This document shows positions 11,501 through 22,216 of a DNA stretch of 64,000 nt, in pieces (position 1 is the first letter of the stretch; each line of letters starts with the position of its first letter). Made by a program: the position numbers and the translations under genes. The DNA comes from Phyllosticta citribraziliensis. Its lineage: Eukaryota. Location: assembly GCF_038025025.1 (NCBI RefSeq), contig NW_027117339.1, positions 2,418,001 through 2,482,000 on the forward strand. Direction: 5' to 3'. The notes beneath the pieces were generated by a model, which did no database searches, had not been told where the DNA came from, and was given only the letters and a program-made list of their open reading frames with translations.

Positions 11501-12189
11501 CTGTATCTACTATCTCCTCGTCAATTATCGTTTCGTATTTGGCACCTCCGACGGATTCCAACCTCTTCACACCTCTTATCATAGCAACTCCGAGCGTCAA
11601 CACTCCATCGCCTCCGTCCTCCACGATGAGCGCGTCGACATCCGTCACACCTCTCTCGGATCTGCCAAACCCATTCGGCGTCTTGCCACCCTTCTCACAA
11701 GCATCGGCAATCCTCGCATCGGCTTCTATGTCGCCCTCTGCCAACTCCACAACTTTTGTTCCTCCTCTCTCCACCGTAGGCCATCCTTTCGGAATCCTCC
11801 CGCCCCTCTCCCAAGCCTCAGCAATCCTCGCCTCGCGCGCCTCCGAATCTGCACTCTCCGCAGCAGCCTCGTCCTCCGACGCCAGTCAAGCAACCTACGT
11901 GCCGCCCAACATTCCGGCCTCGCCGCCATCGTTGAGCGAAGCCGTGGCCGCCCCTTCGTCGCCGCTCTCCTCGCTCATCGCATCTCTCAGCGCGTCGCTC
12001 AGCGCCGAAATCAGCGCCTCTTTGGCATCCTCGGCCGCGGCTTCGGCAGCGCCGACAGGCTCTTCCTACGCCTGGCCGTCGTCGGTGTCGGTCCCGGAGG
12101 GCTGTCCGGTTCCTGAGCCTACTGTCATTACTGTGACGGTGTACGGGAGCCTACCGCCTTCTTCTGCCACACTGTTTAGGATTGATTGA
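8563..12189 (+). CDS. Secreted GH16 endo-1,3(4)-beta-glucanase/transglycosylase-like protein with Cys-rich module and long Ser/Thr/Pro repeat stalk (~1150 aa)
   Basis: Exons 8563-8703, 8764-9052, 9108-9896, 9950-12189. Signal peptide; DPTQGYVDY, GRPSVRL, CGTWPAWW; catalytic GEIDIIEG (split by intron 2); GGVYAMEWT, FDITFCGTWAG. Intron 9897-9949 (GTAAGC...CTGAC...CAG) joins the 743-aa ORF in frame. Confidence 0.88.
10576..11220 (+). repeat. Coding minisatellite: about 7 full plus 1 partial units of 81-84 bp (SETDQIFSILPISVSSEDSFPTSTPLA)
   Basis: Repeated gcttcggagactgaccaaatcttttccatacttccaatctcagttagctctgaggactcattccc units, visible in both DNA and translation. Confidence 0.95.
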
Positions 12190-12656
12190 TTGACTAGTTT
12201 GCTTGTTGTTTGATGATGGGAACCACAACAACGAAGGTGATGAACTTGCCATTGATTTTGGTTGAGAAAGGGGAAGAGAAGGCGCCACGCCATCATGACT
12301 ACACACGCTCGATGTCGATCATGAAGATGCACGGCTGTTGTCATTCACGTCACACACGTCTTGTCTCGTCATGCATGTACGTTGCGGCATTCTCTGAGCG
12401 CATGGTTGATTCGTCGATTATTACCACTTGTCGCATATTACAATTCTCGTTTGCTCGTTGGATAGGTCTAATAGATCGTGCATGGCACTGCTGGGCTTTG
12501 CCTTGCTGCTCCTTTTCTTGTTGTTTCTGGGTGATCCAGCATGCTCCATGTACCAGGAAGTCACGGGCACTGGTATTTGTCAGATGTGATTAGATGATGA
12601 AGCTCCAGGTAACCAAGTACACAAAAAGCTCGCCTCTACTTTACCACTTTTACATG

Positions 12657-14119
12657 TCAAGAAGTATGCTGTGCTGCCTGGGCTTTCCTTCTTCGAATGA
12701 GCTCGCTCAACGGCACGTCGTCCTCGTCATAAAACTCGGCATCTTGGTCGACGCCAAAGTCCTTCAAAGTTTCGCCCTCGGAGTTCCTCCATGCCTCTTC
12801 CCCGTCCGCATCTGCACCCATGCCACCATTGCCGACGTCAGGCTCGCTTTCAAGTTCTGAGTCTTCTTCGCTTTCCACGTCGGAAGGTACAATGGCACCA
12901 CTGCTGTCGAATCGTTCGTGAAAGGGTCTGCGCCTCTGCAGTGTGCTATTGCCAACACCATTGTTATCCCACCTCTTCAAATCCTCCTCCTGGCGGCGGC
13001 GGAAAGCTTCAATGTCGATGCCATTCTTCATTGTCAGCTCGTCGCCGCGATGCGTAAACGCCTCTTCGGGATTGAACGTCCGTCTGATGCGCGGCATGCG
13101 GTCCGGGTCCGGCGGGGGCCACGCAACCGACGCATCCTCGAAGCCATTGACCTCGAAATTCAGCCCAGCACCAGGACGCAGCCGCGGCGTGGCCGCAAAA
13201 GGCCAGAACCACGCGAGCACGTTCTTGGTGCCAAAGCCCTGCACCAGATTTGGCCACACGCCAATGTCGTAGGGAAATTCCACGCGGCGGATACGCACGC
13301 GCGCGCCGTCGGGGCCGGCGAGGTAGCCGCCTAGGAACTTGGCCCGGTGGACGAGCGTGTCGTGCCGCTCAAGCTCCCACGTCTCGATTGTCGTCACGTT
13401 TTCGACGAGCATTTTCCCAAAACGCAAGAGCATTAGGCCTACTGTGACGAGTGTCAAGGTGTTTACCAGCGCCAGCGCGAAGAGATGGAGGAGCTGCGGC
13501 GCCGTGGGACCAAGGTAGCTGGGTAGTCGGCGTTTGTCCCATAGCACATGTAGCCGCAGCCAGATATGGTATTCGTTGAACCAGAGGGCAGCTGTGCCGT
13601 ACAGCAGTATGCGGAAGAAATGTGGGTAGGTGGTGTAGGAGACGCAGTTTGCGATCCACGGACAGTGGTGGTCCATTTTCGGGATGCACCTGGGAGAAGC
13701 ATCAGCCATTGTTGTTCCTTCATCTCTGCATGACCAGCTGCTGAGCCCTTCTGCTGAAGTCTTGCTCACCTCCCGCATGTTTTGCAGTGGTGCGCACGCG
13801 GAGGCTTCGGCGCCTCGCACTTGCTACACCACCGATTGCCGCCTTGCGGCACTTCCTCCTTGTCCGTCTTTGGCTTCTCACCGTAGACGCGCACCGGCTC
13901 TGGCGTCCAGCCTGGCGGCACGCGCCCTGGATCCGCCATCCATGCTCGGATGTGGCTGAAGGCGACGCCGAAGATGAGCACGTTGAGCTTGATGTACTGG
14001 TCCGTTGAAAATGGACCCGGGTCGATATAGAGGAACAGGTATTGCGAGGTGCCGAGGAATGCGATGAGGGCGAGGACTAAGGGTGCGGCGAGCGAGGCTG
14101 GCGAGAATTGGTATCCCAT
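12657..14119 (-). CDS. PFA4: DHHC palmitoyltransferase Pfa4
   Basis: Exons 14119-13770 and 13689-12657; intron 13769-13690. [37 protein letters not shown] (DHHC-CRD), TTIE motif, FPYDIG, and DFGVDQDAEFYDEDDVPLSELIRRR tail. Confidence 0.93.
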
Positions 14120-14438
14120 GGCGAGGGTGGTTTGTAGAGGAACTGGGCTAGCGAGCGTGGGCGTATTGCAGTCGCATTTTCAGCGATTCGCAGTTGAGAG
14201 GACAGGGCGTATCGGAAGATGGAGAATCATGGATGGATGCAGTCGAGGCGAACGCGACGGGAGCAGTGTTGTGGGGACGGCGGATGACGCAGGGGTTGCT
14301 GGGTTTCACCTGCACGCGCGTTTGACAGATCGACAGCTGCGCCGGTCCCGAAAGTGAGGCCGCTTCGTCGCAACCACATCTCTCACCAAAACATCTGCCG
14401 TGACTTCTCCTGCTCCTGGAAAAAAATGATCAGACGGC

Positions 14439-16409
14439 ATGATGAATCCTCTCCTTGGTGAGTCAACACCTTTGGTCTTTGTGCGAGCTGCATGTTGACA
14501 GCATTTAGAGTCCTTCATCACCCTTCTCCTTCCCACTGTCATTTTGATACACCTTTTTTGGGCCCCTTTCACCAAAGTTGAGGAATCCTTCAACATCCAG
14601 GCCATTCACGACATTTTGGCCCATGGGATTCCCACCGAGAACGTCAAAGCAGAGCTCGCCGCCAAGTATGATCACGTCTCGTTCCCTGGATCTGTACCCC
14701 GGACCTTTGTTGGTGCCCTGCTGGTCTCGGGCCTAACTTGGCCTTGGAAAAAGTACATGACATCGCCTGCCAATCTCCAAATGCTCGCTCGTACAGTCAT
14801 TGGACTGTACAATGCATTTGCGCTCCTTTCGTTGCGTTCGATTGTGTCAAAAGTTTTTGGCAAAACTGCCGGGATATGGTTCGTCTTGTTCCATGCCACG
14901 CAATTTCACATCATGTTCTATGCCTCCCGGACTCTTCCTAACATGTTTGCTTTGGGATTGAGTAAGTCTCCAGCCTGAATGATGCAATTGGTAAATCTAA
15001 GATAAAGTCAAGGCACTCTCGCACTCCGGTTCTACCTCGATTCCAGCACTGTCGCAGACAAACGCGCCTCGAATCGAAGCCTGCGTTTGTCTTTTTACGT
15101 CCTGACCATCGCTGGCATTATTTTTCGATCTGAGCTCGCTCTGTATCTGGCTACTCTTGCCTCCTATCAGCTACTCAAACGGCTCCGCGCCTCGGGCGCC
15201 TCGGGCCTCTTCCCGTATCTCCGTGAGGTCGTACCAGCAGGTCTTTCGGGAGCCATTGTCGCTCTCGCGATCACCGTTCCCGTCGACACTTTCTTTTGGC
15301 TCACCTACCCGACGCCGCTGTGGCCTGAGTGGACCGCTTTCGCCTACAACACGATCCACGGGCACGCCTCGGAATGGGGTGTATCCCCATGGCACTTCTA
15401 CCTGCTCAACGCGCTACCACGGCTCCTTCTCAATCCGCTTATTCCGACCTTCCTCTTGCCCTTCTCCGTGCTAAACCCCTCAATCCGCGGTCCATCCCTC
15501 GATTTGCTTGTCCCCAGTCTTGCGTTTGTTGGTTTGTACAGTGTACTGCCGCACAAGGAATGGCGCTTCGTCATTTATGTGGTGCCGGCCTTGACAGCCT
15601 CTGCTGCCGCCTCTGCGAGCTATCTCTGGACGCGCCGTGCCAAATCGCTACTCTACCGCGCACTCAGTCTCGCACTCGTGGGGTCGTTGGTCCTGTCGGC
15701 GACCATTTCGGTGGCGCTGCTGGCCATTTCCTCAGCAAACTACCCCGGCGGCGCGGCACTCTCTCGTCTTGGACCTCTTGCCGCCGCTTCAACGCCCGAC
15801 TCGGCCACACTCGGGACGTCATTTGCGATTGCGGAGCCTGACGGCGATGGCGATGGCAATGAGCCAAGACTGAGGCGCGCTGTCCAAGTCCACCTCGACA
15901 ATCTCGTGTGCCAGACTGGGGCGACGCAGTTCCTGTCAGACACGGCGGCAAGGGTCAAGCTTCCTCCTTTGCCATTATCTGCCCCTGAGAAATGGGCGGG
16001 AGTGAAAGAGATGGGGCACGAGACGGCAATATGGCATTTCGACAAAAGCACCAACGCAACGGCGCTGTTAGACCCAGCCTTCTGGGCGGCGTTCGACTTT
16101 GCGCTGGTAGAGAGCGTCGAAACGGCCATTGGCAAATGGGAAGTGGTTGATGTTGTTGAAGCATTTGGCGGCGTGGCATTGGTGAGGCCAGATGATGAGT
16201 TTGGAGAGGAAAAGAGTTCTGTTAGACTCGATCAAGAGGGAAAGGGCCGCGTAAGAGGCGTCGGCCAAGTGCTGTTTGGGGAGGGGAGCATGATTGGGGA
16301 GTTGGAGAAGTGGACGAGAGAAAGGGTGAGCAAGGGATGGTGGATTGGGGTGCGCATGGTGCCAAAAGTGAGGATTCTCAGAAGGGTGCAGGTGGCGGGA
16401 GAGCGATGA
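14439..16409 (+). CDS. ALG12: Dol-P-Man alpha-1,6-mannosyltransferase Alg12 (GT22)
   Basis: Exons 14439-14457, 14509-14961, 15013-16409. Motifs APFTKVEESFNIQAIHD, FPGSVPRTFVG, FYASRTLPN, IFRSEL, WGVSPWHFY, PHKEWRF, NYPGG. Confidence 0.95.
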
Positions 16410-17473
16410 TACATGTAGGTAGCAGTTCATGTCACACGCCGGAGAGTTTCGTGAGAGGGAGTGGGTCGGTTTCAGCCAATCATTTGCTAGCGCCATGCGG
16501 GTGCCTGCCTACCTAACGCCCGCTGGGCAACCGTCGTCTGTCGTCCATCAATCCGCCCACTCGACAAAACACCACGCCCTGCCACGGCGAAAAGGTTGCA
16601 ATTGGCCCTGTCTTGCCCCGGAAACTCCCTTGTTCCTCGACAGTTTCTCCCTCCAGCTCTCTCTCTCACTCTTGGCGCCTCTCGACTCTCGCGCTCTTCC
16701 GCCGCGCCACTCTCTCACAGCCGTTGACGACGCACTTGTCGCGCACCACGCACACTGCCCATTTTATATCGATCCGTCCCCTGTCGACCTGCGCTGATTC
16801 CTCCCATCCCCCGCCCTCGAAAGACGCGTCCAAACACGTAATCTGTCTGCTCCTTCCACCGCGCCGACCGACCGCGACGTCTGTGTAGCCTCGTTACGGC
16901 CCACCATCAGGAAACACTTGGAAGAAGCGCGCAACAATTTGCGGCTGGCACATCTTTCTTCTGCTTCCAAACACCTCTGGCGCAGTCGGTTCGCCCAGTC
17001 TAGAGACCCTGTCTGCACTCGTTCTGCCATTCTGCTGCGGCCGGCCGTTGGATACAATACCAAATCTCCGCGCATTCCCCGTAGACGCTCGACCTTTTGC
17101 ACTGGACTCGGCCTCATCGCTCATCCACGCGGTCCATTCCCTTTGCTTCTGCCCGTCTCTTCCTGCGCCGAGTCGGATGGATAGATTGTTTCAAAAAGTC
17201 AAGGCCCGGCACAGCTAAAGCTTTTGATTTCGCTGTGGCCCGGTACCCCGCCTCCACGCTGCCCTCGACCGTCTGCTGCCTGGATTCCCATTGCTGCTTC
17301 CGCATCAGGTAAGTGACTTCAGCGAGATTCATTTGTTCTCATCAGGCTCAGCGGAAGCCTTGGCTTTTCCCATGTCTCGACACCTGGGTTGAAAAGGCAC
17401 CCAAGCCCACCTTCTACCTTGGTCACTTCTAACCATCTACTTGTAGTCTCGCCTCGCATTGTTTCGCAGAAGC

Positions 17474-20400
17474 ATGCTGTCACCAAATTGGTTGCAACCG
17501 GAAGCTGCCGGCAATGCGTTTCTGGATCCCGCCACTGAACAACTTCCAAGCGATGAACAACAAACCCAACCTCTCACGCAACCCCTTCTTGATCCCCGCC
17601 GCCTAGGTCAAGACACTTTCGGGCTGGACGAAGAAGATGTCTCGGATGTCTTCTGCATTCTGACACCAGCAGCCCCGGCCGCTTTCCACATCGTCAAATT
17701 CGCCGCGGAACACTCCCCACAACATGTCCTCCAAACTTCTGTCACACCAGACTCCTCAATCACGAAGGCGGACCCCACCCAACCTGATGAGGAGGCTGAG
17801 ACATTCATCCTCGATTCTTCTGGCTTCATATCCGATCTTGCATTAAGATTCTCCGCTCAACTCAAATTTCCGCACCGACAATTTGTCTTCGGCCGCAATG
17901 TTGAAAAATCCGACATCATTTTGCAGGCTGGGCCGGAGGTTTCAAAACGTGTCAGCAACTCACATTTCCGGATCTACATCAACGAATGGGGTGTTCTGAT
18001 GCTGGAAGACTTGTCCACCAACGGCACCATGGTTGACGACAAACTTCTCAAATCCAAGACCAAGGTCCGGGAATCTCCAGTGACGACAATGCTCACATCC
18101 GGCTCCGTAATATCAATCTTGTCCCCTAAGGACGAAGAGTGCATCAGATTCCACGTCCGAATTCCTCCCAAAGACGGATATCAAGAACAATGGCAACGCC
18201 GTATGCAAAGCTACCTGCTGAATGTCAAGATTGCCAAGGAGCGTTTTCTTTCAGAAACAGGAACTGACCGCCATGGCGATAATACGGGAGTAAACGCGGC
18301 CGCACGTGGAGGACCGGTGGTGCCTATAATGTCTGGAGCCCAAGCATACGGCATGCGATGGAACGGCAAGCCTGATTACAACGTGGTGGACCAACTCGGC
18401 AAAGGAGCTTTCGCGACCGTCTATAAGCTCGCAACCGTCATGAATGGGGAGGTGTTTGCCGCGAAAGAGCTCGAGAAGAAGCGCTTCATTAAGAATGGTC
18501 AGATGGACAAGAAACTCGACAATGAGATGAGGATCATGCAGGACTTGAGTCATCCAAACATTGTGCAGTACATTGACTGCGTGGACAAAGGCAACTTTCT
18601 CTACATCATCATGGAATATGTGCCTTATGGAAACTTGTCGGAATGGTTGGGTAGGCACGAGCTACTCCCAGAGCCCGCGGCTCAAAGAGTTGCGTGCCAA
18701 ATCTTCAGTTCGCTGGCCTACCTGCACGCCCGGAAAATCACACATCGTGATATCAAGCCCGACAACATTCTCATCGCTTCAGAACAACCTTTTAACGTTA
18801 AGTTGTCCGACTTTGGATTGTCCAAGGTCGTGAGCAACAACGACACGTTCCTCAAGACGTTTTGCGGAACACTTCTGTACTGCGCACCGGAGGTCTTTCC
18901 ACACTATGATGGGAATTCAAAGGGCCAAAAACGCCGGAAACCTGGAGAATCGAAAAAGACCTACCACTCGTACAGCCAATCCGTCGACATATGGTCATTT
19001 GGCGCTGTACTCTGGTCCGCACTTTGTAGCCATCCACCCTTCGAGGGCGTCATGGACAACACGGGAAAGGGCATGTTCAACAAGATCATGAGCACGGATT
19101 TGGACACGACACCTCTGCGAAAATGCGGCGTGTCGCCAGAAGCCATCGACTTACTCACGTCGATGCTCAATACTGATCCAGCGGAGCGTCCGACGGAGAT
19201 GGAGTGTCTGCACCATCCTTGGCTGGTCAACCTCGCAAGGCAAATCGTCCCTGATGTCGTCAAACCCGACTTGCAAGCCATTCCTGAAGAGGAAGAGGAG
19301 GAGGAGGAAGAAGCTTACTATCAGGTGTCAGAGGACAAGTTTTCTCAACTAAGCCTCAGCGATAGGAAGGCTGGGTATGGTGTGCCAGAAGACAGTGACG
19401 ACGAGGAAGATGACGAAGAGGAGTCTGAGCCCGAGGAGCTGTTGGAGATTCACAAGTCTAAGCGCATTAAGCATGACAAATTTCATCCACGTTACCAGTA
19501 TCGAGGCGCTCCTGAATTCGACTCTAGCCCCGAGGTTTCTTATGCTTCGCAAAGGTCAGCAGCAAACGGTGGAAGCTACACTTTCTCCCAGCGTGCCCCT
19601 GCAGCAAAGTCTCGACTTTTCGGCGAGATAGGTCAGTCGGCCCTTCAAGGCTCCGGAGCCTTGGACCGACAGATTCATCAAGCTGGGTCCCCTGAGGACG
19701 AGTCGGGATTTAGCGGGCAAGATGGCACAGACAGTAAGAGCCCCAGACCAAATCAGTTCACTAAAGGTTTCAACACGTTGTCAATGGCGAACCTGACAAC
19801 TCCAAAGAAGAACTCCAACAGTAGCAGCGCAAGCGACAGTCTTCTTGGCACCGAGTCCATGGTTCGCGATTTGCACATGGACTCTCCGAGATCATCCAAC
19901 TCGCCTGAAGGAGACCAAAATGAACCGACGACACCGCGAACACCTGAGGCGTCACAGCAACATAGTTTGCAGGCCTCGGACACGCCAACACCTCGCGTTG
20001 GCCCAACTCAGAATCATTCCGTACTCAAGGATTCGTCACGGCCATCCCAAGAGGCAACCCCAAAGCAGAAGAATGGATTTAGCCGAGAAATAAAATTGCC
20101 CTTACTGCCATCGTTCTTCTGGAGGCCGGATGATGAATCCACCCATAACAATGAATATTCTTCAAAAGTCAGCGGCATCGACTTTGATCGAGGTCCCGTC
20201 TACGCGCCACCAAAACTTCTCTCTCTGCCGTCGACATCCGTACCTTCGGACACAAGCGAAGATGATACGGACAGCGGCTCAAAACGCAGGGGAAGCGAAG
20301 AGGCCCCAAACACGACTGCTGGGGCGTTGGAGTCATACTCTTCAACTGACGGCGAATTTCGTCGGCCAAAGCCGCGCTTAGGAAACCTCACCACGACTCC

Positions 20401-20866
20401 CGATTCATTCTTCCACATCGTTCTTCGTCTTGAAACGGACTGCGTGACCTGGGGCCGTCTGAAGGACTGTTCGATTGTATATCCCGACTCTGCCGATACT
20501 AGAATTCCCAAGAACGCCTTTACTATCTGGCACCATGTCTCAGGCGAGCCAGACGCCATCAAGAACAACAAGGACTGGACCAAGCTGCCCGGCCTCGAGG
20601 TATTGATCCACACCAATAGCCGAAGTGGCATCCGCGTCAACGGTGTCAAACTAGAACCACCACAGCCGGGCGGCAGCTACCAATTCGGCAAGCTTTATAC
20701 GGGTGACGTCATCACCGTGTATCAACGGAAACACGAGGTTCTCAGCTTCATCTGCGAGTTCTTCCATGGCGAGTCTGCGAAGCGCAGGCCCGTCGACCAA
20801 GCCTTCCATGCTGAGACCTCGAAGACCAAGGCGCCGTTTGAGATTAGACAGTCGTTGAGGGTTTGA
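17474..20866 (+). CDS. RAD53: Rad53/Cds1-type checkpoint kinase (TQ cluster - FHA - kinase - FHA2)
   Basis: Intronless CDS. N-terminal TQPLTQP...DPRR; FHA (FGRN...SNSHF...DLSTNGT); kinase GKGAFATV, HRDIKPDN, DFG, TFCGTLLYCAPE; second FHA-like region WGR...NGVKL...GDVITV. Probable 5'UTR intron 17309-17446. Confidence 0.9.
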   Translation: MLSPNWLQPEAAGNAFLDPATEQLPSDEQQTQPLTQPLLDPRRLGQDTFGLDEEDVSDVFCILTPAAPAAFHIVKFAAEHSPQHVLQTSVTPDSSITKADPTQPDEEAETFILDSSGFISDLALRFSAQLKFPHRQFVFGRNVEKSDIILQAGPEVSKRVSNSHFRIYINEWGVLMLEDLSTNGTMVDDKLLKSKTKVRESPVTTMLTSGSVISILSPKDEECIRFHVRIPPKDGYQEQWQRRMQSYLLNVKIAKERFLSETGTDRHGDNTGVNAAARGGPVVPIMSGAQAYGMRWNGKPDYNVVDQLGKGAFATVYKLATVMNGEVFAAKELEKKRFIKNGQMDKKLDNEMRIMQDLSHPNIVQYIDCVDKGNFLYIIMEYVPYGNLSEWLGRHELLPEPAAQRVACQIFSSLAYLHARKITHRDIKPDNILIASEQPFNVKLSDFGLSKVVSNNDTFLKTFCGTLLYCAPEVFPHYDGNSKGQKRRKPGESKKTYHSYSQSVDIWSFGAVLWSALCSHPPFEGVMDNTGKGMFNKIMSTDLDTTPLRKCGVSPEAIDLLTSMLNTDPAERPTEMECLHHPWLVNLARQIVPDVVKPDLQAIPEEEEEEEEEAYYQVSEDKFSQLSLSDRKAGYGVPEDSDDEEDDEEESEPEELLEIHKSKRIKHDKFHPRYQYRGAPEFDSSPEVSYASQRSAANGGSYTFSQRAPAAKSRLFGEIGQSALQGSGALDRQIHQAGSPEDESGFSGQDGTDSKSPRPNQFTKGFNTLSMANLTTPKKNSNSSSASDSLLGTESMVRDLHMDSPRSSNSPEGDQNEPTTPRTPEASQQHSLQASDTPTPRVGPTQNHSVLKDSSRPSQEATPKQKNGFSREIKLPLLPSFFWRPDDESTHNNEYSSKVSGIDFDRGPVYAPPKLLSLPSTSVPSDTSEDDTDSGSKRRGSEEAPNTTAGALESYSSTDGEFRRPKPRLGNLTTTPDSFFHIVLRLETDCVTWGRLKDCSIVYPDSADTRIPKNAFTIWHHVSGEPDAIKNNKDWTKLPGLEVLIHTNSRSGIRVNGVKLEPPQPGGSYQFGKLYTGDVITVYQRKHEVLSFICEFFHGESAKRRPVDQAFHAETSKTKAPFEIRQSLRV

Positions 20867-22216
20867 GCGGCATATTTTTCTCCACTCGACAGGTTTGGTA
20901 TCCCACTTTTTTTCTCCTTTTCTCCCTCTTACCGTTTCCTTTTTTTGTACTTTACCGGAGCGACCAGCTGAGCACCCCCTTTTCCACCGCTTTCCTTTAT
21001 CACCAGCCTTTTGTAAGAGTCTTGAGAGCACCACTTTTTCTTTCTTTTTTTTTTTTTTTTTCTTTCTCTTTTTTTGGCAGAGAGAGAACGGATCAAGTGG
21101 AGGAAAATTTTGCGAGGTTGATTGATTGATATTCGGATGCAAGCGGCGAGGAGGAGGAAATGTTGACCCGGATTGCGTGCGGGCAACGGCGGTTACTACT
21201 CCCACTGGGAGGAACGAGAGATACCACTACTACTACGACCGACTTTTTTGATAGCATTTGCTCAATTTTTCCGGCCAGAGATTGGCAGAACTTTTAAGTC
21301 TACTTTTCGTCATTGGCTGCTTGTGAATTTTATGATGCTGCTGCTGCTGCTGCTGTTGACTTGGGAGGCTTGTCGGATGTACTACTGCTCACTCACTCAT
21401 CACATACTTCCCTCTTCGGTGCCTTCTGAGCTTGTACCAGAGCAAACCGCGTCTTGTCTGGCTTTCTCGCCTTGCCAATAGACGAAGCGGTCAGCCAGTC
21501 ACCAAGAGCATTCTCACGGAGTCAATGTGTCCAGGTGACATCAAGTCCACTAGCATAGGTTCCCAGACCATGACCACGACCGCACACCCACAGTCCCATT
21601 CGCTCCTCTCCATGCACCACACGTACCAAACACATATTGCAGCGCATGCGAAATTCTTCAAATGAAACCGCGAGATGTATCCAAGGAGCTAATGGTATAA
21701 TAATATGCTAAAGGTATATATCTTATCTATCAAGAACCAACAAGTAGGGCAAAGACCCGAGAAGAAAAGAACCGGGGGGAAAATTGTGCTTGTGGGAAAC
21801 CAGATTCCTGTCTAGCGAACAAAAGAGACCTTCCTTGTTTTTTCTTTTGGAGCAGGGGAGAAGAACGGAAGGTGGGTATTTGATGGCTATGCGGGACTGA
21901 CTGGATCCAGAGCAGCATGACCAGGGGGGAAGAGGATAAGGGAATAGAGAGGAGGAATGTCTGCCTCCCCCAACGCGGCCAGCAGCCAGCAGCGACGAAT
22001 GCAAAAGGCACGATGCTCACGCATGCCTCGCCGTCTATTACGCAGCCGTCCTATTAATGCGATTGGCTTCGCAAGAGAAGGGAAGGAGAGGGGAAATCGC
22101 CGGGCCAAAGTTGCTGCATCAATCCAAGTCGTGGTCAATCGACCAACCCCAAAGACTGGCTGTCATTCCAATCTCGACAGCCAATAACAGCAGCGATGAG
22201 CAGGCAGGCCTACCGC

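Noticed and set aside
20651..21205. Poly-Lys/poly-Phe ORFs after rad53
   Set aside because: Artefacts of the U-rich/poly-T tract in the 3'UTR (~21035-21075).
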